DNA of 64,000 bases from a bacterium (GCA_965202625.1 CBDBBI010000010.1:2208001-2272000), one strand, 5' to 3'. Positions 43,100 through 53,518 are shown, numbered from the stretch's first letter. Notes: generated by a model not told the origin, from the sequence alone. A program made the numbers and translations.

Positions 43100-43714
43100 G
43101 CTCATTTGCGGCTTGCATGGGAGCGGGGTTTTCGCCGTCCGTCGGGTCCGTTGATGGGTGGATGGTGAACCCGTACCAGGACGGCGTGCGCTGGCTGGGC
43201 GAGGAGCCACAACGCCGCGAGCCCTATGGGATTTCCATGAAGGGCGTGGGCTTCGTGCCCGAGGACAGGAGAATCTTTTTCGCCTGCGTGTGGAGGAAAA
43301 CGTTGAGGTTGGCGCGTTCAATCTGGACCGGTCTAGCCCCTGGACGCTCGGTCGCATATTATGGTCTTTTTTCTAAACGCGTTCCACTGAAAGTACACAA
43401 GGGAAACGAACTGAGGGGTGGGGAGCAGCAGATGCCGGCCATCGCCCGTGTCCCGATGGGCGCGCCCAAGCGCGTTGTAGGCGATGCGTCCTCTGAGGGT
43501 CTGGCGCCAGCCATCGGGAGGGGCGTGGGCGAGATGATCGGGGCGCTCCGGGACGAGGGGCTTGCCGTTCCCCTGGTGGAGCAAAACGCCCGCTTCTTTT
43601 GTCGGCTCTCTGAATTGCGTCTGCATCATCGGCGATGATCGGGTTTGTTTTCATGGCGCGGTGGCGCAACTTGAAGAGGAGGAAGAACGGAAATCGCGCT
43701 ATCTAGCCGTTTGA
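43100..43714 (+). pseudogene. LivF-like ABC ATPase remnant
   Basis: Degenerate GFVPEDRRIF, L.GGEQQM.AIAR, SEGLAP, LVEQN, ending RYLAV*; Walker A lost; limits approximate. Confidence 0.7.
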
Positions 43715-43753
43715 TTTTCATTTTTCCGTCAATGGAAATGAGGAGGGTTTTGC

Positions 43754-44761
43754 ATGAACTCTCGCGTTGAATTCGGTTTGATCATGGCCTTGACCATCCG
43801 CGGGCTTGCCGTCGGAAACTTTGCCGACATGAGGGCGGTGGCGCAAGAGGCCGAGAGTCTCAGCTTTGACTCGGTATGGTTGTGCGATCACTTTTTAACA
43901 CTCGATCCGGGCGCATATGCGAAAGAAGCAGGTTTTGACGAGTCCGGAATGTCTGGGGGCGTCGGCTCCGGCTCCATCCCCCTGCTGGAGACCTGGACCG
44001 CGCTCAGCGCCCTCTCGCAGGTGACCGAAAAGGTTCGCCTCGGGACCAGTGTTCTGAGCAACTCCTACCGCATTCCCTCAGTGCTCGCGAAGATGGGCGC
44101 GACGCTGGACAATATCAGCGACGGGCGGCTCGATCTGGGCCTTGGCGCGGGCTGGATGCAGGAGGAGTATGAGGCTTACGGAATTCCCTTTCCCAGGGCT
44201 TCCGTTCGAATTGCGCAAATGGAGGAGGCCATTCAGTTGATCCGCAAGATTTGGACGGAGCCTTACCCCACGTTCGAGGGCGTGCACTACGCGATCAAAG
44301 GGGCGGTGTGCGACCCTCCCCCGATTCAAAAACCCTCGCCTCCCATATGGATCGGCGGCGAGGGACGAAAAGTTCTCAGGGTCGCGGCAAAGTACGCCGA
44401 TGGCTTCAACGTGCGCTGGTGGCCTCCTGAGCGCTACCGAGAGCGCAAAGAGGAGATTGACGCCCACTGCGAAGAGGCGGGGCGTGAGCCGGATGGGCTC
44501 AAGCGCTCTTTGATGTGCCTTCTTCTGCCCAGCCACGATCGCGCGCGCGTGGAGGCGGAAAAAAGGCGGTTTTCAGCCGTTCCGGAAACGGGTATAATCT
44601 CCGGCACACCTGAGGAATGCGTGGGACGAATTATGGAATATGTCCAAGCGGGCGTTCGACATTTTCTGTATACCATTCCCGATGTCGCGAAAATGGATAT
44701 GCTCCGCCTTGCGGGGGAGGAGATTCTGCCCGTTGTCAGGAGTTTATCGAACGGGGGGTGA
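43754..44761 (+). CDS. LLM-class (probably F420-dependent) oxidoreductase
   Basis: FDSVWLCDHF, RLGTSV, GRLDLGLGAGW.EEY.AYG, PPIWIGGEG. Confidence 0.9.
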   Translation: MNSRVEFGLIMALTIRGLAVGNFADMRAVAQEAESLSFDSVWLCDHFLTLDPGAYAKEAGFDESGMSGGVGSGSIPLLETWTALSALSQVTEKVRLGTSVLSNSYRIPSVLAKMGATLDNISDGRLDLGLGAGWMQEEYEAYGIPFPRASVRIAQMEEAIQLIRKIWTEPYPTFEGVHYAIKGAVCDPPPIQKPSPPIWIGGEGRKVLRVAAKYADGFNVRWWPPERYRERKEEIDAHCEEAGREPDGLKRSLMCLLLPSHDRARVEAEKRRFSAVPETGIISGTPEECVGRIMEYVQAGVRHFLYTIPDVAKMDMLRLAGEEILPVVRSLSNGG

Positions 44762-44791
44762 CGCCCTCTTGTCGAGCTGGGAGATTCTACA

Positions 44792-45487
44792 ATGTGTGAA
44801 AAACAAGGTCTGACCGGGTACTTGAAGCCCACGGAATTTATTGATTCGGGCAATCCGGACGTCGTTTCGAAGGCGCAAGAACTCACAGAAGGCTGCGCGA
44901 ACGATAAGGAGAAACTCGGCAAAATCTATTATTTCGTTCGCGATTTTCCCTACGACATTCTGGACTCGTTCCGCTACCTTGCTGAGGGGAAGCGGCGAGC
45001 GAGCGACGTACTGAACAACGGCAAGGCGTTTTGCATGGGCAAGGCCAGCATGTTCGCCGCCCTTTGCCGGGCCTCGGGCATTCCTTCTCGCATCGGCTTT
45101 CAGCAACTTCATTGCCCAGACAAGCCTTTCATGAATGAGGAAGTCGCCAAAATTTGGGGAGATCGCAAACTGCCGTGGCACTCGCTGGGGGAGGCGTATC
45201 TCAACGGCAAGTGGCTCAAGCTGGATGCTACCATCGACAAGACGTTCGCCGCGCGAAAAGGACGGGAATATTCCCGGGAATTCGACGGTGAGAACGATAT
45301 TCCCTCTGTGGAGGGGCCCCTCATTAAAGACCTCCCCAGCCACATGGACTACCCGAAAGACGTGGCCCATTGGTATGAGCAGGTTGCCAAGGACGTCGTC
45401 GCTTCCGTTGATGAGAACGTCGTTCATAAGGATGTTCTCAGCGACGAGGAATGGTCTGGTCCCGATGCGGGGATTTTGAAGAGATAG
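44792..45487 (+). CDS. Transglutaminase-like domain protein
   Basis: Cys-His-Asp triad pattern FCMGKA, WHSLGE, WLKLDAT. Confidence 0.85.
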   Translation: MCEKQGLTGYLKPTEFIDSGNPDVVSKAQELTEGCANDKEKLGKIYYFVRDFPYDILDSFRYLAEGKRRASDVLNNGKAFCMGKASMFAALCRASGIPSRIGFQQLHCPDKPFMNEEVAKIWGDRKLPWHSLGEAYLNGKWLKLDATIDKTFAARKGREYSREFDGENDIPSVEGPLIKDLPSHMDYPKDVAHWYEQVAKDVVASVDENVVHKDVLSDEEWSGPDAGILKR

Positions 45488-45541
45488 GCAGCCCCTCGGG
45501 CCACTTTGGTGGATAAAGTCGTTCTATAAAAGGAGCTTTGG

Positions 45542-47050
45542 ATGTCGCGTGACCTCGTGAGGGTGGCCGAGTTTCCGCTCACCCAGGAAATGGAGCAGCA
45601 GTATATCGACGGGAATTGGCTCAGGGGAGAGCGTGGCGAGCCGGTGGACGTGGTGAATCCATCGAATAACGAAACGATTTTTCAGTTGTTTCCGGCGTCG
45701 GATGCGCAAGTTGACCAAGCCGTTGACTCCTCCTGGCGGGCGTTTCGTGATGCGGTCTGGAGGCGTATGCCCGCTTTGGAGCGCGGGAAACTTATCAACA
45801 ACCTTGCTGTGCTGATGCGGGAGCACGCAGAAACTCTCGCTAGATTAGAATCCATCAACACAGGCATTCCCATTCGAGAGAGTCGCTTGGAATCCGCTTC
45901 CTCCGCGCGCCATTTTGAGTATTTCGCGGGATGGTCCGGAAAAGTCTCGGGCAGTGCCCAGCCCCTCATGAACGATCGGATTATGTATTCGGTGAGAGAG
46001 CCTTTGGGGGTGGTGGCCATCGTCGTTCCGTGGAATACTCCGCTGAAGCTCATGTCCCGTGGGCTGGCCGCTGCTTTGGCCTGCGGTAATACGGTGGTCA
46101 TCAAACCCTCCGCCGTCGCCCTCGCCTCGGTGCTGTATTTTGGAAAGCTGGTTGAAGAGGCGGGGTTTCCACCGGGGGTGATCAACATCGTGGTGGGTTC
46201 GGGACGATCGACGGGCGCGAAGCTCGTGGGTCATCCGGACGTCAGAAAAATCGTCTTCACCGGTGGCACCGAGGGCGGCCTCGAAGTTCTTGGGCTCGCC
46301 GCCTCGAACGTGACTCCCGTGTTGGCGGAGCTGGGCGGCAAGGGTCCCATCATCGTTTGTGAGGACGCCGACCTTGACGAGGCCGCAGATGGCGTGATGA
46401 GTCAAGCCTTCGCGCGCCAGGGCGAGGTTTGTTTCGCTGGGACCCGCCTCTTTCTACCAAGTTCCATTTGCACAGAGTTCCTCGATAAAATTATCGCTCG
46501 CGTCAGTGAGATACGCGTCGGCGACGCCATGGATGAGGAAACCAACATGGGGCCTCTCATTTCCCGTGACCACCTTGCTGACGTCGTTGGTTACGTCGAA
46601 TCCGCACTGGCGGAAGGGGCGTGCGTCGCTTGTGGAGGCGGCCGTGCAGTACTTGCGGGGCAGTCAGACGGGAATTTTATGCAGCCCACGGTTCTCACCG
46701 GTGTGGACCAGGGCATGCGGGTGGCGCGTGAGGAGATTTTTGGGCCCGTTCTCACGGTTCACGAGTTCCATTCTCTCGATGATGCGGTGCGAGACGCCAA
46801 CGCCACGGAATTTGGGTTGGCGAGTTACATCTGGACGAGCGACCTACGACGGGCGCATCAACTGGCTGCCGATTTGGATTGCGGGAACGTGTTCGTCAAC
46901 ACCTACCGCTATGGTTCTGAGATTCCTTTTGGCGGCGTGCGAAAGAGTGGCATTGGCAGAGAGCATGGGGAAGAGGCATTGCGAGAATATACCCATGTCA
47001 AGAGCGTCTGTATCGGGCTCTCAAAATGGCATTCTTGGAATCGTGATTGA
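45542..47050 (+). CDS. Aldehyde dehydrogenase family protein
   Basis: PWN, FTGG, ELGGKGP, QGEVCFAGTR, EEIFGPV, PFGG.RKSGIGRE. Confidence 0.95.
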   Translation: MSRDLVRVAEFPLTQEMEQQYIDGNWLRGERGEPVDVVNPSNNETIFQLFPASDAQVDQAVDSSWRAFRDAVWRRMPALERGKLINNLAVLMREHAETLARLESINTGIPIRESRLESASSARHFEYFAGWSGKVSGSAQPLMNDRIMYSVREPLGVVAIVVPWNTPLKLMSRGLAAALACGNTVVIKPSAVALASVLYFGKLVEEAGFPPGVINIVVGSGRSTGAKLVGHPDVRKIVFTGGTEGGLEVLGLAASNVTPVLAELGGKGPIIVCEDADLDEAADGVMSQAFARQGEVCFAGTRLFLPSSICTEFLDKIIARVSEIRVGDAMDEETNMGPLISRDHLADVVGYVESALAEGACVACGGGRAVLAGQSDGNFMQPTVLTGVDQGMRVAREEIFGPVLTVHEFHSLDDAVRDANATEFGLASYIWTSDLRRAHQLAADLDCGNVFVNTYRYGSEIPFGGVRKSGIGREHGEEALREYTHVKSVCIGLSKWHSWNRD

Positions 47051-47082
47051 CATGAAGACGTGAATTTCAAGGAGGATTTACA

Positions 47083-48045
47083 ATGCAGAACAAAGGTTGG
47101 CTGACTTGTGCGCTCACTTTCCTCGCCCTTGGCGTGTGCGCTGCACCCGCCTCGGCGGCATATCCGACGAAGGCGGTGGAGATGACCATCACTTTCAAGG
47201 CGGGTGGAGCGGCGGACATCTCTGGCCGCACCGTGGCGAAGGCGGCTGAAAAAGTGCTCGGGCAGCCGATAGTCGCCGTGAATCGCCCAGGTGCCGGAGG
47301 GACGATCGGCTTTGCGTATGTCAAGACCGCGCCGCCTAGCGGCTACAAGATTGGCTGGCTTTCGGCCTCGATTTTAACCGGCACGAACATGGGGCGCCTC
47401 CCCTACGATTATGACGCGTGGGATTACGTTTCCCGGGTCGTGTTCGAGGCGACCGCCATCGTCGTTCGGAGCGACTCCCCCTACAAAACGCTTCCTGATC
47501 TCGTGGAGGCGGCCAAGTCGAAAACCCTGAAAATTGGAAGCGCCGGTTCTGGCAGCTTTACGAGGCTGACTGCCTCGGCGCTGGCGAAAAAGGCGGGCTT
47601 CAAGTTTCGCCACATCCCCTTGGGAAAACGCCGCGTGCCCAGCCTCCTTGGTGGAGAGGTCGAAGCGATTTCGGTACATCCGCCTGAGGTCTTGGCCCTT
47701 CATAAGGCGGGCAAAGTTCGAATGCTGGCCGTTTCCTTCCCGAAGCGGCATCCTGCTTATCCGAACGTTCCACTGTTCAGCGAGCATGGGTGGGACGTTG
47801 GTTTTTATCAGTTCAGGGGTCTACACGTTCCCAAGGGAACGCCCGCCGAAGCGGTGCAAAAGCTCCACAAGGCCTTCGAGACGGCTTCTCGGGATCCAAA
47901 GGTTCTGGCCACCGCCGAGAAAAGAGGTTTTCTGGTTTCTTATATGGGGCCAAATGAATTCCCGGGCTTCGTGGCTGAGCAAAACGCACTGATAAGAGAC
48001 ATTGTGGTTTCTCTGGGATTGGACAAGAGAAAAAAGAAAAAATAA
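47083..48045 (+). CDS. tctC: TctC/Bug-family substrate-binding protein
   Basis: YPTKAV, GGAAD, NRPGAGG, PKGTP. Confidence 0.9.
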   Translation: MQNKGWLTCALTFLALGVCAAPASAAYPTKAVEMTITFKAGGAADISGRTVAKAAEKVLGQPIVAVNRPGAGGTIGFAYVKTAPPSGYKIGWLSASILTGTNMGRLPYDYDAWDYVSRVVFEATAIVVRSDSPYKTLPDLVEAAKSKTLKIGSAGSGSFTRLTASALAKKAGFKFRHIPLGKRRVPSLLGGEVEAISVHPPEVLALHKAGKVRMLAVSFPKRHPAYPNVPLFSEHGWDVGFYQFRGLHVPKGTPAEAVQKLHKAFETASRDPKVLATAEKRGFLVSYMGPNEFPGFVAEQNALIRDIVVSLGLDKRKKKK

Positions 48046-48096
48046 ACTTCATCGCATCTTTGCTGAGAGCAAGAGGCCATAGGGGATCCGGCGTTC

Positions 48097-48585
48097 ATGA
48101 TGGAAAATGACGGGGAAATCCGGCGATTGCGCGTTGGGCGCACCATCGTTCCGGCTCTTCAGATGGTTTTTTGTGTTGGGTATGGTTTCCTCATTCTTGA
48201 GTTGCCCCAGGAGCACGGAGAGGAATATCCTTCGGGGCCTTCTTTTATGCCTTGGTTGTGGGTGTTGTTGCTCATCACTCTCACTTTGCTCGAAATCGGC
48301 GCGACCTGCTTTGATGTGCGCGAGAAGAGGGCGCGTGTCTCCATCGCGCGCAAGAGCGTTCTCGACGCCCTGCTCCTCGTCTTGTTGTTGACGGGATTCG
48401 CGCTCTCTATTCAGCGAATTGGTTTCTTCTCCGCCGCCGCGGCGTTTCTCACCATCTCCACCTGGTGGAGTGGAGTCCGCGCCTGGGGAATCCTTCTCCC
48501 CTATGCCATCATCTTCGCCGCGTTAGTGAACTATATTTTTCACCATGTTCTTCAAGTTCCCTTGCCCCAGGAAGGGCTCTTCTGA
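48097..48585 (+). CDS. tctB: TctB-family membrane protein
   Basis: GPSFMP, four TM segments, LQVPLP. Confidence 0.8.
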   Translation: MMENDGEIRRLRVGRTIVPALQMVFCVGYGFLILELPQEHGEEYPSGPSFMPWLWVLLLITLTLLEIGATCFDVREKRARVSIARKSVLDALLLVLLLTGFALSIQRIGFFSAAAAFLTISTWWSGVRAWGILLPYAIIFAALVNYIFHHVLQVPLPQEGLF

Positions 48586-48587
48586 AG

Positions 48588-50078
48588 ATGAACCTCCTTG
48601 TGGATGGCCTCGTCCATGCACTTGCGTTGAAGCCTTTTTTGTTCGCCGTCTTGGGGAGTTTTTTGGGAATCATATTCGCGGCTATTCCTGGCCTCACGGT
48701 GAGCATGGGAATCATTCTCCTACTGCCTTTTACCTTTCACATGGCCGGCGCGACAGCAATGAGCCTTCTCGTAGGTGTTTTCGTCGGCGGAATGACGGGG
48801 GGGAGTATCTCGTCCATCTTGCTCAACATTCCGGGCAATCCCGCCGCTATCGTCACGAGTCTGGACGGATACCCGCTCGCCCAGAGCGGGAAGGCGGGAA
48901 TCGCGCTGGGGGTCGCTTTCTTCTCCAGTTTTTGGGGCGGGTTGTTCAGTCTCGTCTGCTTAGCGACCATCGCGCCTCAGTTGGCGGATTTTGCCCTGAA
49001 CTTCGGCGCGCCGGAGCTGGCGGCGCTGGTCTTACTGGGGCTTTGCCTCATTTGTGGGTTCGCCCAGACATCAATGAGCAAAGCGCTTATCTCGGGCACC
49101 TTGGGTTTGGTCTTCTCCACCGTCGGCATGGACCCGATTGACTCGATACCGCGTTTCACGTTTTCCGTCGTCCAGATTCAGCAAGGCGTCTCTTTTCTAC
49201 CAGTGATGATCGGACTTTTCGCGGTGCCTGAAATCATATCGGGCATGCGCGGCTCCGCCGTTTCTTTGCCGTGTTTCTCCACGCGCCTGCGGGATTTGTT
49301 GCCCGCGCCGGGAATCTTCCTTGGACTTTGGAGGACGCTCGCGCAATCCTCTCTCATCGGAACGGCCATAGGACTTTTGCCCGGAACGGGAAGTGCCGTC
49401 GCCGCCGTGTTGAGTTACAACACGGCCCAGCGCCGCTCCGCGGAGCCGGAATCGTTCGGCACGGGAAAACTGGAAGGCGTGTCCGCGCCCGAGGCCGCCA
49501 ACAGCGCCATGACGGGCGGCGCGATGATCCCGATGCTCACGCTGGGAATTCCTGGTGATCCTGTCACTGCCGTGATGCTCGGCGCACTCACGATCCAGGG
49601 TCTCGCCCCAGGTCCTCTCTTGTTTGAGACTCACAGCGGCTTTGTATTTTCCATATTCGGGTCTTTTTTCATCGCCTTGTTTTTGACCATCATCATTGCG
49701 TTGCTGGGCATCCGTTTGTTCGTCCAGGTGTTGCGCGTGCCCCCGGGACTCCTTTTTCCAAGCATCGCTGTGTTTTGCGTCGTCGGGGCGTTTGCGCTTC
49801 AGAACAGCTTTTTCGATGTGTTTTTGATGATTGGGTTCGGACTGCTCGGCTTTTTTATGCAAAAATTTGATTATCCCATCATGCCTTTGTTGCTGGCGAT
49901 CATCTTGGGTCCCGTTTTTGAGAAAAACGCCAGAGTGTCGCTTATCCTCTCGGATGGCGACCCCACCATTTTCGTCCGCAAGCCGATCAGTTTGGTGTTT
50001 CTGATCGTGTCTTTGCTCTACCTCATCAGCGTTTTTCTAAAACGAACCTCCTTTTTGCGGAAGCGAGAGCCCGCCTGA
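48588..50078 (+). CDS. tctA: TctA-family permease
   Basis: IPGLT, NIPGNP, DGYP, APEAANS, LGIPGD. Confidence 0.93.
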   Translation: MNLLVDGLVHALALKPFLFAVLGSFLGIIFAAIPGLTVSMGIILLLPFTFHMAGATAMSLLVGVFVGGMTGGSISSILLNIPGNPAAIVTSLDGYPLAQSGKAGIALGVAFFSSFWGGLFSLVCLATIAPQLADFALNFGAPELAALVLLGLCLICGFAQTSMSKALISGTLGLVFSTVGMDPIDSIPRFTFSVVQIQQGVSFLPVMIGLFAVPEIISGMRGSAVSLPCFSTRLRDLLPAPGIFLGLWRTLAQSSLIGTAIGLLPGTGSAVAAVLSYNTAQRRSAEPESFGTGKLEGVSAPEAANSAMTGGAMIPMLTLGIPGDPVTAVMLGALTIQGLAPGPLLFETHSGFVFSIFGSFFIALFLTIIIALLGIRLFVQVLRVPPGLLFPSIAVFCVVGAFALQNSFFDVFLMIGFGLLGFFMQKFDYPIMPLLLAIILGPVFEKNARVSLILSDGDPTIFVRKPISLVFLIVSLLYLISVFLKRTSFLRKREPA

Positions 50079-50325
50079 TCCACCGGCCTTTTTCCAGGGT
50101 GTTTCAAGGGCGTTTATCGGGGGTATTTTCAGCGTTGCAAAGGCTGGTGAATCGGGGGGGATTTCGGGAGCGTTTATGGAGGGCGTTTTCGGCCTGTCGA
50201 TGCGCCTTTGAAGCAAGGGGTTTTCCGGGGTGCTGCGGGCGCGGGGCGCTCAAGTGGAGGAGCGGCGGTATCCGCCAGTTCGCGCTTCGTGAATTGCGGG
50301 GTTTTCAGGGTCGAGGCGGGGGTGC

Positions 50326-50628
50326 TCAGGCGTCCTCGTCTTCCTCTTCCTCGTCATCGGGTTCAAGGACGTGGGGAAACTTCGCGTAGAATTCCTCATC
50401 GCTCAGTCCCATGACCTCGTCATAGACTTGGCGCGCCTCGGTTCCGGGCCTGAGCGCGGCACTGGTGAGGGCTTGGTCCTGCATCTTCTTGGCGAGGTTC
50501 GAGATGCCGTGGGTCATGTTTGCCGTGGCCGCAATCACGGCCTTGTCCCACTGCGCCTCCGTGAACATCAGCAGTTTGACGTATTCGCGCGCCTCCGCGT
50601 GCACCTCTTCTTTTTCCGCATCGCTCAT
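50326..50628 (-). CDS. Small acidic hypothetical protein downstream of MuF (candidate immunity protein; may extend to 50845 across frameshifts)
   Basis: Helical, acidic tail; position directly after the toxin-like gene. Confidence 0.55.
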   Translation of the reverse strand: MSDAEKEEVHAEAREYVKLLMFTEAQWDKAVIAATANMTHGISNLAKKMQDQALTSAALRPGTEARQVYDEVMGLSDEEFYAKFPHVLEPDDEEEEDEDA

Positions 50629-50740
50629 GCCGGCGTATTTGCAGCCGGGCCGCCTCCAGGGCTTTTTTCTGGCTCTCGGCGTCCTCCTTCAGGAATTTTG
50701 AGCCAGTCGCTCAATGTCGGCGACGAGTTCCTCTTCCGTT

Positions 50741-53404
50741 TCATGCCCTCGCCCAGACGTGCGACCCTGTCTCGTCTCCGTCCCGATACTGACGGCTATT
50801 CGTGCGCCGGCTTGGCGATGTAGGTTCCATGATCTCCACCGCCATCAGTCGATCTCCTTCATGTAGATTTTTAATTGCGCCGTCTTTCGGGCTTAATCCT
50901 TTCACCTCAAACCTCGTCCCGGAGGTGAAGAGGACCTCGCGCTCTCCGGGGAAAGCGGAAGCCCCGTTGATGCGCTTGCCGTGTCTGGATTGTACCACAA
51001 ATTCATGGGGTCCCCCAAACGCCGCCTCTCCGCTGTGGGAGGTGCTGAAAAAGCCCCGCTCCTCAAAAATTCCCCCCTTCTCGATTCCGTCAAGAACGTC
51101 ATCGGGCAGCGTCGTCCCGCGCTTCACCTCTCCGGCGTAGTCGGGCAGCTTGGCGAGGGCGTCCTTGAGGGTTTTTTCATAGTCGCGCACCGCGGCGATC
51201 TTCTTCTGGTCGCGGGAGCGCAGGGCGTCGTTCAGGGGCCCGTAGCCCCACTTCGAGTCGCTGGTTGTGTAGGCGTAGCGGGCCGCCATCTCTATATCGC
51301 TCAGGCCGTGGCGCTGCCCGTCCGGCATCCTGCCCCTGGCGGCGGAGAGAAAAGAGCGGAACTTCCGCCCCATCTGCTTTTTGAAGTTGCGGTGGGGCGC
51401 GGGGACGTTTTTGAGCGCTTCCATCGCCTTGCGGACTCTGGGTGCGATCTCGTTCTCCAGCAGGCGCGCGCGCCTTCGCAGGAGGTCGAGTATCGCGTCC
51501 CTGTCCGCTTTCGGGACGCCCTTCACGGCCGGAACGAGGTCGGCGAAGTCGTTCGTGCGCTCCCCGAGTTTTTTGATGTCCTCCATCTGGCGCAGGGCGC
51601 GGCGGCCGAGTTCGTCCGCGTCGATGAGGTCCGCCTTCTCGAATATCCGCACGTATGCGGGGTTGATGGAAGGGTTGCTGAAGCCGTCCCACTCGGCGAT
51701 TTTATGGAGGCGGTCCAACGGCTTGCGCCCCGCGCGTGCGCGGAACAGGAGGGAGCCGCCCTGGTCGATGCGGACGACCTTCTTTCCCGCTATGACGACG
51801 TTGTCGAGTTTGAGGCCCACCGCGTCCCAGTTGGCGAGCCAGACGTCGGCGGCAAAGCCATCCAGCACCTTGTTCGCGTGCGCTTTCGTCAACCTGTTCT
51901 TGCCGAGGGTTCCGGTGTTCTCGACGATCTCGCTGGCGATGGAGAGTTTCTTGCCCTCGCGGACGAGGGCGGAGGTCGGCGCCTCAAGCCCCAGCTCCCG
52001 ATAGATGCGGTTCGCCGCCGCCTCGGAGTAGGCCTGGGCGGGGTCGTCGTATTGCTTGACGTAGCGCTCCACCCCGTCCGCGCCCCGATAGAGTCCCCCC
52101 GGATTGCTGCCCTTCGGCCCCGAGATGCGCCGCTCCAGTGCGACTGCGGCGTCGAGTTCCGGTATGGCGCCCTTGCGCACCAGTTTGCCGTCGACGATCT
52201 CGGCCAGTTCCCGCTCCGCCGCCTCGAGCTCGTCCGCCGCCGCGCGTCTGAGCGACGTGAGATGAGTCGTGCGCCCATCCTCGGACGCCCGCACCGAGGC
52301 GCGCCAGAGCTTTTTGTCCTCCTCAAGGAAGGCGATCAGCGCCCTGTCGCTGTCGGCCGCCTGAAAGGCCCGGCCCTCATTCAGCATCCGCTGGACGCGG
52401 GCGTAGTCCTTCGCGCCCAGGTCCGGATGCCGCTTGCTTTGCTTCGCCGCCGTCTCCGCGCTCAGGCGCACAGCGCGGGATTTTATGCCCATCGTCCTGG
52501 CGATGTCGTCTCCGAGCGCTGCCACGGGCCAGTCGCCCGCGCTCTTGCCCGCAAGGTGCAAGCCAAACGCACGCCCCCCTTCGCCCTCAATGAAGTCCTG
52601 AGCGACGGCGGGCGCAAGGTCGGGCGCCGCGTCCATCCTGGAGATCGCGCGCTCCAGGGGGTCTTTCACCACGCCGGCAGGGGCACCACCCGCCTGTGCG
52701 CCCACGTTGTGATCCCAGCCGGAGTCGATTCCTTCCGGAACGCGGACGACCTCTCCCGTCCGGGAGTTCACGCGCGCCGACTTGCGGCGGCTGGGGCGCC
52801 GCTCGCTCGGTGCGAAGCCGAACTCCTCAAGGTCCGCATCCGAGAGCTGCATCACCGTGCACCGGCAGCCCCACCCGTTGGGCGGATAGTGCGTGCGCCA
52901 GAAGGGATCGTTCACAGGCAGGACGACGCCGTGCCAGGAGGCGTGCGCCGGTCGGGTCGAGGCGTCAAGAACCGCCGAGTAGCGCAGCCAGGGCGCGTTT
53001 TGCTTCTCCGCCTGTATGCGCCGCCACCGCCCGGCGGCGTAGGAGGTCCGCAGGTTCGTCTCGTAGATGACCCGCAACCGATGCGACGAGCCCAGCTGGA
53101 CGACGCGCGTCTTCCCCGTCAGCGGGTCTTTCATCTCCGCACGACCCCACCACCCGCGCTTGCGAAGCAACGGCTCCAGCGCATCCTGAAAATCCGCGAG
53201 AGAGCTCCCCTCGATTATCGCCCGATCCACCTCCGCCCGAACGTCGCCGAGAACGTCCATGCGCATCGCCTTCGCCACGCTGAACGCCCGCGCGTGCTCC
53301 GCAGCCTCCACGTCGCGCCAGTCAAATCCCACCGCGTAGCCCTTCGCGCGAAAAAAATCCACCGCCTCCCCAGGCGGAACGTCTAAAATCTCAGGCGCAG
53401 GCAT
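50741..53404 (-). CDS. MuF/SPP1 gp7 phage head morphogenesis protein with C-terminal PBECR-like, kinase-like and ADP-ribosyltransferase domains
   Basis: Y.AVLD..TRP.H..WHG, YPPNGWGCRC; GSNPGG..YVK..E, DVWLANWD, RIDQGG; R(KRG)-STS-ExE (EREVLF). True stop possibly 50845-50847 if one A is removed from the 50868-50872 run. Confidence 0.88.
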   Translation of the reverse strand: MPAPEILDVPPGEAVDFFRAKGYAVGFDWRDVEAAEHARAFSVAKAMRMDVLGDVRAEVDRAIIEGSSLADFQDALEPLLRKRGWWGRAEMKDPLTGKTRVVQLGSSHRLRVIYETNLRTSYAAGRWRRIQAEKQNAPWLRYSAVLDASTRPAHASWHGVVLPVNDPFWRTHYPPNGWGCRCTVMQLSDADLEEFGFAPSERRPSRRKSARVNSRTGEVVRVPEGIDSGWDHNVGAQAGGAPAGVVKDPLERAISRMDAAPDLAPAVAQDFIEGEGGRAFGLHLAGKSAGDWPVAALGDDIARTMGIKSRAVRLSAETAAKQSKRHPDLGAKDYARVQRMLNEGRAFQAADSDRALIAFLEEDKKLWRASVRASEDGRTTHLTSLRRAAADELEAAERELAEIVDGKLVRKGAIPELDAAVALERRISGPKGSNPGGLYRGADGVERYVKQYDDPAQAYSEAAANRIYRELGLEAPTSALVREGKKLSIASEIVENTGTLGKNRLTKAHANKVLDGFAADVWLANWDAVGLKLDNVVIAGKKVVRIDQGGSLLFRARAGRKPLDRLHKIAEWDGFSNPSINPAYVRIFEKADLIDADELGRRALRQMEDIKKLGERTNDFADLVPAVKGVPKADRDAILDLLRRRARLLENEIAPRVRKAMEALKNVPAPHRNFKKQMGRKFRSFLSAARGRMPDGQRHGLSDIEMAARYAYTTSDSKWGYGPLNDALRSRDQKKIAAVRDYEKTLKDALAKLPDYAGEVKRGTTLPDDVLDGIEKGGIFEERGFFSTSHSGEAAFGGPHEFVVQSRHGKRINGASAFPGEREVLFTSGTRFEVKGLSPKDGAIKNLHEGDRLMAVEIMEPTSPSRRTNSRQYRDGDETGSHVWARA

Positions 53405-53422
53405 CGCCGCACTCGCCCTAAT

Positions 53423-53518
53423 CTACCCACCCGCCTCGTTCTCCGAATCCATGAGTCCCGCACGTCCGGAAAGAGCCGCGGAGAACGACAGCCGCGTCAG
53501 ACGATCTACCACTTCCGC
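53423..53518 (-). pseudogene. 3' remnant of a Mu-like portal protein (DUF935/gp29)
   Basis: AEVVDRLTRLSFSAALSGRAG..* resembles the L.R..F.A.L.GR C-terminal motif and occupies the portal position just upstream of muF. Confidence 0.55.

Noticed and set aside
50981-53386. 801-aa + strand ORF
   Set aside because: Antisense shadow of GC-rich muF; no recognisable motifs
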